Notes under the pieces: model-generated
Seen by the model: the letters and a program-made list of their open reading frames with translations, nothing else
The model's database searches: none
What the model was told of the DNA's origin: nothing
Made by a program: the position numbers and the translations under genes
Shown: positions 20,519 to 29,420 of the stretch, one piece after another
Layout of the letters: each line of letters starts with the position of its first letter
Position numbering within the stretch: position 1 is the first letter of the stretch
Origin: a virus
Lineage: Duplodnaviria > Heunggongvirae > Uroviricota > Caudoviricetes
Length of the DNA stretch: 39,625 nt
Strand: one strand, 5' to 3'
Virus record (IMG/VR): IMGVR_UViG_2545824712_000011

Positions 20519-21029
20519 GCTCTACCCCTTCATTGAGGGGATTTGCTCTATTTAATTAGGAATAAGGTCGATTACTGATAGAACAAATCCAGGCTACTGT
20601 GTTTAGCAATCAGATTTGTTCGTGACCGATATGCACGGGCAAAACGGCATGAGGTTGTTAGCGCAGCCTCCTGCCACCCGCTTTCACGAAGATCATGTGT
20701 AGAAGGCCGCAGCGTAACTATCACTGATGAATTCAGGATAGCCAGTGGCTACGGCTCAGTTTGGGTTGTGGCGGCCGGAATCGAACCGGCTTCCATCGGT
20801 GCGCTGCCGATTGCAGTACGCGCGGCGGTCAGCTACATGACTAGTATTTTCACTGTCGCCTATCTGCTAGCTCGCCATTGAGCTTCACCACAACGATAAG
20901 AGCACTGCGCGGCACCTTTCACCAATTCCGCGAGGTCTGCGGGTTCAATGCTCTTACCTGTTGTGCAAACAAAAAAAGCCACCGTTGCAACTTAAGAGTC
21001 ACTAACGGCAGCTTACCTTCTAATTATGG
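20519..21029 (-). promoter_or_regulatory. Late regulatory region between Q and lysis genes (expected PR-prime/qut/tR-prime)
   Basis: About 510 bp noncoding; hairpin plus U-tract on minus strand near 20957-21003 (GCUGCCGUU...AACGGUGGC then UUUUUUU). Confidence 0.5.
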
Positions 21030-21548
21030 CTAAATGGATAATTGCATGTCAAGGCTTTTAACAGCAACATGCTTAACTTTCTCAACACGTTTACGCATTT
21101 TGAAAGCATTTTGCATTGGCTGGTACAAAACAAATAACGACGCTTTCAGGATGTCGTCAATTTCGTTTCTACAGGTTGCCAGTGAAGGTTTTCTCCATCC
21201 CTCGCCACCACGTCCACACATCTTGCGTGGCTTTGCAGTCGCGTGATAGTAGGATGCAATTGCTCGCTTAGATGAACCATGAGCGTAGTAGCTGAGGAGG
21301 ATGCCAAAGGCTTTCTTGTCAATGTACATGACGGAATCGACGACCTGAGAAATCAACATTCCATCATCATCATTACACATTGGCCTTGTCATAACTCTTC
21401 CCGGCTCTACGCTCTCCATGAACTTCGCTATTACGCTGCTCATGCGCTTTTCCAAGCGGCCTGAATAAACCCATGCGCCCCACAGTTCAAGCCAGCCATT
21501 CAGCCAATCGTGCTGTTCTTTGGTGAGGTTTAGTTCTCTTATGCCCAC
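21030..21548 (-). CDS. Late antiterminator Q family protein
   Basis: Position at end of nin region ahead of lysis genes; motif [12 protein letters not shown] and WGAW resemble Q proteins. Confidence 0.7.
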   Translation of the reverse strand: MGIRELNLTKEQHDWLNGWLELWGAWVYSGRLEKRMSSVIAKFMESVEPGRVMTRPMCNDDDGMLISQVVDSVMYIDKKAFGILLSYYAHGSSKRAIASYYHATAKPRKMCGRGGEGWRKPSLATCRNEIDDILKASLFVLYQPMQNAFKMRKRVEKVKHVAVKSLDMQLSI

Positions 21549-22210
21549 GCGCCTTCTCCCTGTACCTGAATCAATGTGAGGTTTCCGCAGAACACTGCGC
21601 CGGTATCGATATACATCTGGTTGGCAAATTTGAGTGGTTTCACTGCTGGCGTATGACCAAAGATGAACGTGTCCGCTCCTTTGATTTCTTTTACGATCCC
21701 GTCTTGTGAGTTGCTGATTCGTTCGCGGTTCCAGATTACCTGCTGATGATCAACTGGCTTTCCAAACTCGTATTCGTCACAAGGATAATCGGCGTGGCAG
21801 ATGACATATTTTTTATCTTTGCTCACCAGTTCGATGATTAACGGAAGTTCATCTGCTTTATGGGCAAGAGCTTTAGCCAGAATTTCTTTGTCGTAATCGA
21901 GATTAAAGAACCAGCCACCGCCATTAAGCATCCAGTGATTGACGTTTCCGCGCTCTGATAAGCCATCAATCATCATTTGCTCATGGTTTCCACGTACAGC
22001 TCTGAACCAGGGGAATGTGATTAATTCCAGGCATTCGACGTTCTCTGTACCGCGATCGACCAAATCGCCAACCGAGATAAGCAGGTCTTTTTTGGTGTCG
22101 AATCCTATCGTCTCCAGTTTTTTCATCAGGTTCGTGTAGCATCCGTGCAGATCGCCAACTACCCAAATATTTCGGTATTTGCTGCCATCAATTTTTTCGT
22201 AATAGCGCAT
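21539..22210 (-). CDS. Ser/Thr protein phosphatase (lambda orf221 / NinI-like)
   Basis: [25 protein letters not shown]..., GDLVDRG, GNHE metallophosphatase motifs. Confidence 0.9.
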   Translation of the reverse strand: MRYYEKIDGSKYRNIWVVGDLHGCYTNLMKKLETIGFDTKKDLLISVGDLVDRGTENVECLELITFPWFRAVRGNHEQMMIDGLSERGNVNHWMLNGGGWFFNLDYDKEILAKALAHKADELPLIIELVSKDKKYVICHADYPCDEYEFGKPVDHQQVIWNRERISNSQDGIVKEIKGADTFIFGHTPAVKPLKFANQMYIDTGAVFCGNLTLIQVQGEGAWA

Positions 22211-22394
22211 CTCTTTCACTCCATCCGCGATGAACCATGAGAACGTCGTTGACGATGGCGTGCATTTTCCCGTCTTTATCATCAACGTATTTTCTGACCG
22301 TACCGCGACTACATTTCAGTCTGCGTGCTACTTCTGTCTGGTTTCCGTATGCTTCAACGAGCATGTCTGGAATGGTTTTTACTGAGAACGTCAT
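22188..22394 (-). CDS. ninH: NinH
   Basis: 68 aa [37 protein letters not shown]... as lambda NinH. Confidence 0.85.
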   Translation of the reverse strand: MTFSVKTIPDMLVEAYGNQTEVARRLKCSRGTVRKYVDDKDGKMHAIVNDVLMVHRGWSERDALLRKN

Positions 22395-23002
22395 GCGGCC
22401 TCACTTCTGCTATTTCGCAGGTCTTTGAGTTTCTGCTGATACTCTGACTTGATCGCCTTGCACTCTTCGACAGTCCAGCGATGGCGGCTATGGTTTGATT
22501 CGATTTCGTCTACTGCTTCCTGCCCGATACGGCTAATCAGTTCGACGCGATACGGAACGAGATTTCCGCTTTTGTGCTGGTTGCACACCACGCATTGCTT
22601 GTGAATATTGCGTTCATCAAATCGGAGTTGAGGTGCCGCAGCAGTTGTCCGGTAATGTCCGGCATCCCACTGAGCAGACGTGAGCGTTCCGCACGAGATA
22701 CATGGTAAGTCGCGGTCTCTTTCTCTGATGAAGGCGTTTACGGCTTGTTGGGCTTGTTTAATCCAGTAACTGCGGGGCTTTAAGGCGAGTTTTCGAATCT
22801 TAAGTTTATCTTTCTGTTTCTGATCCTCTCGTCGTCGTTTCTTCTCTGCTGCTTTTTCCGCTTTTTCGCGTTCTTTACTTCGTCGTTCGAGTGCTATCTT
22901 GGTTCCACACTCTGGAGAGCACCACCACTGATTAGCGAATGCAGGGTGAAACCATTCCCGACATTCATCGTTTTTACATCGTCTTCGCGCTGGTTTAGCC
23001 AT
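22391..23002 (-). CDS. ninG: NinG / Rap recombination-associated protein
   Basis: 203 aa [22 protein letters not shown]... as lambda NinG. Confidence 0.85.
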   Translation of the reverse strand: MAKPARRRCKNDECREWFHPAFANQWWCSPECGTKIALERRSKEREKAEKAAEKKRRREDQKQKDKLKIRKLALKPRSYWIKQAQQAVNAFIRERDRDLPCISCGTLTSAQWDAGHYRTTAAAPQLRFDERNIHKQCVVCNQHKSGNLVPYRVELISRIGQEAVDEIESNHSRHRWTVEECKAIKSEYQQKLKDLRNSRSEAA

Positions 23003-23164
23003 CGTCTTCTTCCTCGTACATTGAGCTATTCGGATCGCTCATCAGTTCTGCGCAGCAGTGCTCACACACGTGAACTTCCAGCACATGCAGCTTCTGACCG
23101 CAGTTAGCGCACGTTAAAGCCCGCTCGACGCTTTCTTGTTCGTAACTTCGATTTTGGTCAATCA
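22994..23164 (-). CDS. ninF: NinF (not in ORF track; GTG start)
   Basis: Hand translation gives (M)[55 protein letters not shown]; GTG overlaps ninE stop, stop overlaps ninG ATG. Confidence 0.65.
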
Positions 23165-23344
23165 CCTTGTTTTCCTCGCACGTTCTCTAAGCCACCGGAT
23201 ATCCCACAGGTGAGCCGTGTAATTGAAGGTTTTTACGTCAGATTCTTTTGGGATTGGCTTTCGTTTATTTCTGGAACGCTTCGTTGGAAGGTATTTGCAG
23301 TTTTCGCAGATGATGTCGGTGATACTTCGTCGCTGTCGTCTCAT
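23162..23344 (-). CDS. ninE: NinE
   Basis: 60 aa [23 protein letters not shown]...; ATG overlaps methyltransferase stop. Confidence 0.8.
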   Translation of the reverse strand: MRRQRRSITDIICENCKYLPTKRSRNKRKPIPKESDVKTFNYTAHLWDIRWLRERARKTR

Positions 23345-23868
23345 GCCGCCCTCCTGACGCCCTGCCCGATCGCCATCAATGCCGCTTTGGATACGGTAGT
23401 AAACATCCGTCGAGGACTGATGAACGGTCGCCAAATCAGCAGCATTGAGCCTTTACTGTTTCCCTTCTTCTCCAGCCCTGTCGATGGTTCGATAAAATTA
23501 ATCCGTCCATCAGTGATGATGCGAACTTCGTCAACACTCTCCAGAGCCTTGCTGAACCATCCGACTGACATATCCTCTGGCACAAGCATAACTACCGTCT
23601 GTCGCTGTTGTATGCACTGCTCAGCGGCTTTTTCCACCCACGGCCTGATATTGCTGTACGGTGGGTTATTCCAGATTGCACCGTGGCTTACCCACTCAGA
23701 ATTGAGCGCGTCGTCGACCTCAGTTAGCCAGTGAGCGCACAGAGCGTTTTTGTCGCTCGCTGCCGAATCCAGCCAGAATCCAAACTCAATATCCAGTGCA
23801 TCAAAAAGCCAAAGCGGCGTTTGCCAGCAGTCCTTGTCGTGTGCTGGCGTATTTGATTTGATAGTCAT
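23341..23868 (-). CDS. Orphan DNA N6-adenine methyltransferase (phage Dam-like)
   Basis: NPPY catalytic motif (WNNPPYS); start [25 protein letters not shown] typical of small phage N6A methyltransferases; no adjacent restriction gene. Confidence 0.75.
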   Translation of the reverse strand: MTIKSNTPAHDKDCWQTPLWLFDALDIEFGFWLDSAASDKNALCAHWLTEVDDALNSEWVSHGAIWNNPPYSNIRPWVEKAAEQCIQQRQTVVMLVPEDMSVGWFSKALESVDEVRIITDGRINFIEPSTGLEKKGNSKGSMLLIWRPFISPRRMFTTVSKAALMAIGQGVRRAA

Positions 23869-24305
23869 GCAGCCCGGTCTCCCCATCTCGCTTTCCACTC
23901 CAGAGCCAGTCGCGCTTCGTCTGACCACTTAACGCCACGTTCTGTACCGAATGCCTGTATAAGCTCTAATATCTCCGCAAATTCGCTTACACGCATCCTG
24001 CTGGTTGACTGGCCTATTACCACAAAGCCATTCCCGGCAAGGTTAGGAACAACGTCCTGCTGCTTTAATGCTGCGGTAAACACACACTTCCAGCTTTCTG
24101 CATCCAGCCAGCGACCATGCCATTCAACCTGACGAGAGACGTCACCAAGGCAAGCCCAAAGCTTTCTGTTTTGGTCTAAGCTGCGGTTGCGTTCCTGAAT
24201 GGTTACTACGATTGGTTTGGTTGGGTCTGGAAGAATTTGCTGTACTGCGTGAATAGCGTTTTGCTGATGTGCTGGAGATCGAATTTCAAAGGTTAGTTTT
24301 TTCAT
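23865..24305 (-). CDS. ninB: NinB
   Basis: 146 aa MKKLTFEIRSPAHQQNAIHAVQQILPDPTKPIVVTIQERNRSLDQNRKLWACLGDV... as lambda NinB. Confidence 0.9.
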   Translation of the reverse strand: MKKLTFEIRSPAHQQNAIHAVQQILPDPTKPIVVTIQERNRSLDQNRKLWACLGDVSRQVEWHGRWLDAESWKCVFTAALKQQDVVPNLAGNGFVVIGQSTSRMRVSEFAEILELIQAFGTERGVKWSDEARLALEWKARWGDRAA

Positions 24306-24319
24306 GACTTCCCTCTCCC

Positions 24320-24352
24320 CCAAATAAAAAGGCCTGCGATTACCAGCAGGCC
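24320..24352 (-). terminator. tR2-like intrinsic terminator between helicase gene and ninB
   Basis: Minus strand AGGCCTGC-N8-GCAGGCCT followed by TTTTTATTT. Confidence 0.65.
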
Positions 24353-24381
24353 TGTTATTAGCTCAGTTATGTAGATGGTCA

Positions 24382-26847
24382 TCAGAATCCTCCTTTCTTC
24401 TTGGACTGCGGTTCCTCGCGTTCACGGCGGCGCATTTCAGCAGACTGTTGGTCTGTGTCATAAATAGCGCCATTTGCCTGAATGCAATACACCGTGCCGG
24501 TATTGCCATGACGATTGAGACGAAGGATTAGTTCGGTTTCACCAGGTGGAACACTGTCATCAAAAGCACCTTCACGATGGATCCCAACCCAATAATCGCA
24601 ATCCTGTTCAATCTGCCCTGTATCTCGCGAGTCACTTGGTAATGGGCGTTTATTGGTTCGGCTTTCCAATGCGCGGTTAAGCTGCGTCAGAAGCACAACA
24701 ACGCAATCAAGCTCTTTGGCAAGGTTCTTCAGTCCTTTGGTGATCATGCCGTAAGCAAGGTCGTTACGATCGGCTTTCTCAGCGGTCATTAGTGTCAGGT
24801 AATCGACCAGAATCATCCCAACACATCCTTTTTCTCGCTTGATTCGACGGCTTTCGCTGACGATTTGAGCCAGAGATAATCCAGGCGTGTCGTCGATGTA
24901 AAGCAGGTCGATTTCACTCAAGCGATTGGCTGTTTCGATCGCCCTGTTGAAGTCACCATCGTAATCACCCTGATAGCCGTCATCGGCGTCATTTGTCGCC
25001 GGAAGGTAAAAAATATTCGGGTTAACACCAGACTTCTGCCCTACCAGTTTTTCCAGTATCTGATCACCTGGCATTTCAAGGCTGAACATCAAAGCGGGCT
25101 TTTTCTCATGCACTGCGCAATTGATTGCCATCTGGCTGTATAGCGTGGTGTTGTGGGTTAGAATGTATCCGTCAGTTGCATACAAATGTCTCTCGTGGGA
25201 TACCATGATGCAAATGCACTCTTCACGTCCAATATACTCAACCGACGTGATAACAGGCGCACTTGTTTTGATGCGTTTTGCAGTGAATTTTTGCTTCAGG
25301 CGTGGAGATTTTATGTGTGATAGAACCTCATCAGGCAACCTGATTGCGCAAATATGGGCATCCATACCTTTGCGCATTTCTCCCTTATAACTGAATTTCG
25401 GCTCCTGTTTGGTTGTCATACGACACACGCCACCAAGAGAATGCACCAGCCGCTTTACACCATCTGACAGGAACTTGCTTGCCGAGCTAAAGCGCAGGGC
25501 ATTATTTCCTTCAACCCAACCATCGGTTTCAAGTAATCCGCATAGAACATCAATACGAGTTTTCTTATCAGCAGAAAAAATAATATCTGGGATAATTTTA
25601 ATCTCTGACATCCGGCCGTAGATACCAAGCCGTTGCATAACCCGCGTAAGAGATAATTTGCGGCTAAACTTGTGAGATAGGGAGTAATCGCAGCCAGAAA
25701 CATGTCTGACTTCAATATCGTCACCCACTTCAGATCTTACTCGCTCAATGATGTATGGTTCCGTCATGCTGATTCGTGGCGTACCTGCAAGATTTCCATC
25801 GCCAAGTAACGCACCTAACAGCCATGGGCTAATCCCTAAATCAACAGGCAATCCGAAGTCACCGCTAATACCAGGAACATGAATGCGGCTTTGATAGCGA
25901 ACGCATTCCATCATGTCCCGTAGGCGGCAGGTGTCTACAACATCAACGCCACCGGTAATACGGTTACTATGAATTTCCCACAAATGATCATCCGCGCAAT
26001 CAACGGTTCTTCCGTCAGAGAACGTAACTCGGTAAATATCTCGCTCCCCTTGAGGAAAAACTCCAGACACGAATGATGGTTGTCCATCCACTGATGCTAG
26101 GGAATCTCCAACACATACGTCACGAAATGTTGTCCATGAACCATCAGCAAGCAAAATGCGTGAATTAAGCGGTTGCGCTTTCCCCATCTTAGGGCGAGCG
26201 CCAATGACAAACAGAGAGCCTTTCACCAGACCTTTCGGTGACAGCATCCTGTCCAGCGATGGGATCCCTGTGCTCATTCCCCGTTGTTCGCCTGATGGGT
26301 CAAATCGCTTCTCAAGGTCGCTAACCCAGTCTTCCATGACCTCACCAAATGAACGAAGGCCGCGACGCGATCCGGTTTTTGCATGGTCTGTCAGTTGCGT
26401 GAAAATCGACTGAATAGCTTCGTACTTCTGCGTTGCAGTCATTCCGTTGCGGGAATAGAGCAATTCCGTCGCTTCAGTCATGCGGTTGATGGCGTAGCGT
26501 TCCATTGCGGTTTCACGAACCTGCATTGCATAGGCAACGATGTTTGCGGCGCTTGGCGTGTTCTTTGCGATCTCAGCGATATAAGCAAAACCGCCAACAG
26601 ACGCCGTTAATGATTTGCGCTCCAGTTCATCGAAAAGCGTCAGCCCATCTACTGGCTTTTGCTCCCGGTGCATTCTGGTTATTTCATCGAAAATGATTTT
26701 GTGTGGTCGGCTGTAAAATGAATCAGGCTTCAGCATCGCCAGAACTTTCCGGACGCGCTCACTGCTGTCATCATCCAGAAGCAATCCACCAATAACCGCC
26801 TGCTCTGCCTCGATGCTATGGGGCGGCGCATAAAAATTATCGGTCAT
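24382..26847 (-). CDS. Replicative DnaB-like helicase (P22 gene 12 / lambda P position) interrupted by an intein
   Basis: DnaB N-terminal domain (PHSIEAEQAVIGGLLLDD), Walker A GARPKMGK split from TTLYSQMAINCA...KPALMFSLEM by a 343-aa insert, C-terminal RecA-like core. Confidence 0.85.
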   Translation of the reverse strand: MTDNFYAPPHSIEAEQAVIGGLLLDDDSSERVRKVLAMLKPDSFYSRPHKIIFDEITRMHREQKPVDGLTLFDELERKSLTASVGGFAYIAEIAKNTPSAANIVAYAMQVRETAMERYAINRMTEATELLYSRNGMTATQKYEAIQSIFTQLTDHAKTGSRRGLRSFGEVMEDWVSDLEKRFDPSGEQRGMSTGIPSLDRMLSPKGLVKGSLFVIGARPKMGKAQPLNSRILLADGSWTTFRDVCVGDSLASVDGQPSFVSGVFPQGERDIYRVTFSDGRTVDCADDHLWEIHSNRITGGVDVVDTCRLRDMMECVRYQSRIHVPGISGDFGLPVDLGISPWLLGALLGDGNLAGTPRISMTEPYIIERVRSEVGDDIEVRHVSGCDYSLSHKFSRKLSLTRVMQRLGIYGRMSEIKIIPDIIFSADKKTRIDVLCGLLETDGWVEGNNALRFSSASKFLSDGVKRLVHSLGGVCRMTTKQEPKFSYKGEMRKGMDAHICAIRLPDEVLSHIKSPRLKQKFTAKRIKTSAPVITSVEYIGREECICIMVSHERHLYATDGYILTHNTTLYSQMAINCAVHEKKPALMFSLEMPGDQILEKLVGQKSGVNPNIFYLPATNDADDGYQGDYDGDFNRAIETANRLSEIDLLYIDDTPGLSLAQIVSESRRIKREKGCVGMILVDYLTLMTAEKADRNDLAYGMITKGLKNLAKELDCVVVLLTQLNRALESRTNKRPLPSDSRDTGQIEQDCDYWVGIHREGAFDDSVPPGETELILRLNRHGNTGTVYCIQANGAIYDTDQQSAEMRRREREEPQSKKKGGF
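25150..26178 (-). other. Intein (343 aa, Ala1 ... THN) with LAGLIDADG homing-endonuclease domain, in helicase P-loop
   Basis: Insert between GK and T of Walker A; block A-like RILLADGSWTTFRDV, block B DHLW, two dodecapeptide motifs WLLGALLGDGN and VLCGLLETDGW, C-terminal YILTHN followed by Thr. Confidence 0.8.
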
Positions 26848-27727
26848 CGTGTTCACCCTCACGAACTTTCAGGTAGGTATTGTCGTTAAGCAGGAAATCA
26901 AATCCCTTTTTGTGCCAGACGGTTCCGCGTTGATGGTTTGGGCGTTCTTCGAACATCCATCGGCAATTTTCGCCTACGTAGCTCAAATAATTTCTCCAGT
27001 CCTGCATCGTGAACCCATGCCCGTCAAGCTGGCGGGTTATCACTCCGGCTTTGCGCCAGAACGTTCGGATCTGGTTTTTACGCTTGTCATTCAGTGCGCG
27101 GATTCTTGGCGCTTCAGGAAGGATTTCGTGGTAAGCATCGACAACATCCTGACAGCTAACGGAAGGTTTTTTCTTGTCAGACTTTTTGTCTGCTGTGGCA
27201 CTCTCTAATACGTCAGTATTAGAGATATTATTTATATTATTGTTTATGGACAACCGTTGGACAACCGTTGGACAATCTCCGCTGAGAGCCGCGCCATTAC
27301 TGGTGTTTGCGTTGGACAACCGTTGGACAACCGTTGGACAATTTTTTGCCTGAAAATCGTCATATTTAACGATTGTAAACAGGCTAAATTTCTTCCCCAT
27401 CGAGCAAATATTAAGCATCCCTTTCGACTCAAAAGTCCGTAATAAGCTCCGAACTTTGTTGTCGGGGATGAATGTTTCTCTGACCAGCGACGGGCGTCCA
27501 GTTATCATCTGACCGCGATCAACAGTTATCGGACCGATATCCGTATTGACGACAGTAGATTCGTGATTAGCCTTGAGGATTAAGTGAAGCCAAAGATGTA
27601 CTGCCTGAGAGTCCTTATAGAGCCTGCTGTCCATAAACTGGCGGTGTATAGAGACATACCCCATACTGGATGCCTCCTGATGTTGTACAGGGTTATGCCT
27701 GTAATCAGCTAACTTAACGACGCCCAT
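26837..27727 (-). CDS. Replication initiator (lambda O / P22 gene 18 analogue)
   Basis: Position between cII and helicase; contains the iteron array in its coding sequence. Confidence 0.7.
   Translation of the reverse strand: MGVVKLADYRHNPVQHQEASSMGYVSIHRQFMDSRLYKDSQAVHLWLHLILKANHESTVVNTDIGPITVDRGQMITGRPSLVRETFIPDNKVRSLLRTFESKGMLNICSMGKKFSLFTIVKYDDFQAKNCPTVVQRLSNANTSNGAALSGDCPTVVQRLSINNNINNISNTDVLESATADKKSDKKKPSVSCQDVVDAYHEILPEAPRIRALNDKRKNQIRTFWRKAGVITRQLDGHGFTMQDWRNYLSYVGENCRWMFEERPNHQRGTVWHKKGFDFLLNDNTYLKVREGEHDDR
27244..27346. repeat. Origin iterons: two clusters of three 11-bp direct repeats GGACAACCGTT, followed by A+T-rich stretch
   Basis: GGACAACCGTT GGACAACCGTT GGACAATCTCC at 27248-27280 and again at 27314-27346; AT-rich 27341-27400. 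Confidence 0.8.
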
Positions 27728-27875
27728 GTTTCACTCCTGCTTTGGCTAGTCTGTAAACACCAACAAGGCGCTCTGCGAACGCCCTGTTATTTACTGCGGC
27801 TACCACTAATCCCTCAGGTGAATCAGGGTGTCGAATCTCTTCTTTTTCCTGGTATTTCTTACGACGTTTTGTCAT
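27714..27875 (-). CDS. Small basic hypothetical protein (not in ORF track)
   Basis: Hand translation MTKRRKKYQEKEEIRHPDSPEGLVVAAVNNRAFAERLVGVYRLAKAGVKHGRR; stop lies 8 bp upstream of the O-like ATG. Confidence 0.4.
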   Translation of the reverse strand: MTKRRKKYQEKEEIRHPDSPEGLVVAAVNNRAFAERLVGVYRLAKAGVKHGRR

Positions 27876-27909
27876 AATGACTCCTGTGGATTGATCCAGT
27901 CTTTCTACA

Positions 27910-28188
27910 TCAGGCCTCGAAGAATTCGCCGTTCTTCGGGGCTTTTTCTTTTGTCAGCATTCTGGCTACTTTCTTAGCCAGTTCCGCCAACTCCTCGTCT
28001 TCAACACCCCATTCAAGAACAGCCAGAAGCATTCCCATTTTGGGGATGAAGCTGTCTTTCCATCGCGAAATTTGCGATTCATTAATCCCTAATGCATCAG
28101 CAACCTTTCGCTGACCACGTACAGCAATTCGATTCAGGATGTTGCTTGTAATTGCATTCGCTTTCTTGCGAGTACTTGTAAGTTGCAT
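27910..28188 (-). CDS. cII: CII-like transcriptional activator
   Basis: SQISRWK...IPKMGMLLAVLEWGV matches lambda CII core; start chosen at MQLTSTRKK because nutR lies upstream. Confidence 0.8.
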   Translation of the reverse strand: MQLTSTRKKANAITSNILNRIAVRGQRKVADALGINESQISRWKDSFIPKMGMLLAVLEWGVEDEELAELAKKVARMLTKEKAPKNGEFFEA

Positions 28189-28246
28189 ATGTAAGTATTT
28201 CCTTAACAAATAAGAAGTTATACGCATCAACTTATGTGCGTTGTAT

Positions 28247-28289
28247 TCCCGCATTTCGGCGGGAATGAGGACCATGACTGTTAAAGAGC
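28247..28289 (-). promoter_or_regulatory. nutR (boxA GCTCTTTAACA, boxB hairpin TCCCGC-CGAAAT-GCGGGA)
   Basis: Read on minus strand 8 nt after cro stop; boxB identical to nutL boxB. Confidence 0.7.
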
Positions 28290-28296
28290 AATTTGC

Positions 28297-28482
28297 TTAT
28301 GCCGCTTTGCGGTAAGCGCTTTCTTGATACTTCAGGGCGCCAGCTGTAACGACTTCCAGTCGATAGGCGTCTTTCTCTGGGATGACTTCCTTCCACTGAG
28401 AGACTGCTGCGTCGCTAATGCCTAACGCTTTAGCTACAGCACGCTGGGTTCCGAAGTGGTCGATAACATCTTTCTTGTACAT
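28297..28482 (-). CDS. cro: Cro repressor (P22 type)
   Basis: MYKKDVIDHFGTQRAVAKALGISDAAVSQWKEVIPEKDAYRLEVVTAGALKYQESAYRKAA matches P22 Cro as recalled. Confidence 0.9.
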   Translation of the reverse strand: MYKKDVIDHFGTQRAVAKALGISDAAVSQWKEVIPEKDAYRLEVVTAGALKYQESAYRKAA

Positions 28483-28562
28483 AGACTCGCTCCGAAATTA
28501 AAGAACACTTAAATTATCCACTAAAGGAATCTTAAGTCAAGTTTATTTAAGATGTCTTAACT
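28483..28562. promoter_or_regulatory. OR / PR / PRM region
   Basis: Divergent cro and c2; several CTTAA...TTAAG operator-like half sites. Confidence 0.6.
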
Positions 28563-29213
28563 ATGAAAACTCAATTGATGGGAGAGCGCATTCGCGCTCG
28601 GAGAAAAGAACTCAAGATCAGGCAGGCCGCACTTGGAAAGATGGTCGGCGTGTCTAATGTTGCCATATCTCAGTGGGAACGCTCTGAGACAGAGCCAAAT
28701 GGAGAGAATCTTCTCGCCCTGGCTAATGCGTTGAAGTGTTCCCCTGACTATCTGATGAAAGGAGAGGAAAGTCTTTCAAATATTGCCTATCACAGTAGGC
28801 ATGATCCAAGAGGGTCATACCCTCTGATTAGCTGGGTGAGCGCAGGATGCTGGATGGAAGCTGTAGAACCATATCATAAGCGTGCAATAGATAACTGGTA
28901 CGATACAACCGTAGACTGTTCAGAAGATTCGTTTTGGTTGGACGTGAAGGGAGACTCAATGACGGCTCCGGCCGGTCTCAGTATCCCTGAAGGAATGATA
29001 ATACTCGTCGATCCTGAAGTAGAGCCGCGTAACGGGAAACTGGTAGTTGCAAAGCTCGAAGGAGAAAACGAGGCAACTTTCAAGAAGTTAGTTATTGATG
29101 CAGGCAGGAAGTTTCTAAAACCACTTAACCCACAATATCCGATGATCGAGATCAACGGAAACTGCAAAATCATCGGCGTAGTTGTCGATGCAAAACTAGC
29201 AAACCTTCCATAA
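28563..29213 (+). CDS. c2: Prophage repressor C2 (P22 type, LexA-like C-terminal domain)
   Basis: MKTQLMGERIRARRKELKIRQAALGKMVGVSNVAISQWERSETEPNGENL... near-identical to P22 C2 as recalled. Confidence 0.95.
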   Translation: MKTQLMGERIRARRKELKIRQAALGKMVGVSNVAISQWERSETEPNGENLLALANALKCSPDYLMKGEESLSNIAYHSRHDPRGSYPLISWVSAGCWMEAVEPYHKRAIDNWYDTTVDCSEDSFWLDVKGDSMTAPAGLSIPEGMIILVDPEVEPRNGKLVVAKLEGENEATFKKLVIDAGRKFLKPLNPQYPMIEINGNCKIIGVVVDAKLANLP

Positions 29214-29237
29214 GGGGGCATTCGCCCCTTTTTTTTA
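29214..29237 (+). terminator. Intrinsic terminator after c2
   Basis: GGGGGC-ATTC-GCCCC followed by TTTTTTTT. Confidence 0.75.
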
Positions 29238-29254
29238 TTTCCTTTAAAAATCAA

Positions 29255-29340
29255 AGCCAAACTTAAGTTACGAAAGAAAATTTAAGTTTTCTTCAAAAAT
29301 ACTCTTGACCATTAATTAAAGAGATCTTAAATTTAAGCCA
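29255..29340 (+). promoter_or_regulatory. OL / PL
   Basis: TTAAG operator-like repeats; TTGACC (29305-29310), 17 bp spacer, TAAATT (29328-29333). Confidence 0.55.
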
Positions 29341-29379
29341 TCAGCAGGACGCTGGTAGCCAAACGGAACAGATTGGCAG

Positions 29380-29420
29380 GCTCTTTAACATTGATGGGAT
29401 TGTCCCGCCGAAATGCGGGA
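29380..29420 (+). promoter_or_regulatory. nutL (boxA GCTCTTTAACA, boxB TCCCGC-CGAAAT-GCGGGA)
   Basis: Same boxA/boxB as nutR, upstream of N. Confidence 0.7.

Noticed and set aside
20761-20880. Possible tRNA gene on minus strand (GCCGG-TTCGATT-CCGGC T-arm-like motif)
   Set aside because: The only acceptor-stem partner I could find lies about 126 nt upstream, and the candidate anticodon loop (CAGCGCA) lacks U33; no convincing cloverleaf. Kept only as a possible fragment.
24305-24382. 26-codon hydrophobic ORF (MTIYITELITGLLVIAGLFIWGRGKS) between helicase and ninB
   Set aside because: It coincides with the tR2-like terminator hairpin; more likely a by-product of the terminator sequence than a gene.
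27244-27346. Short tandem repeats that could suggest a CRISPR array
   Set aside because: Repeats are 11 bp, contiguous without spacers, and lie inside the replication initiator gene; they are origin iterons.
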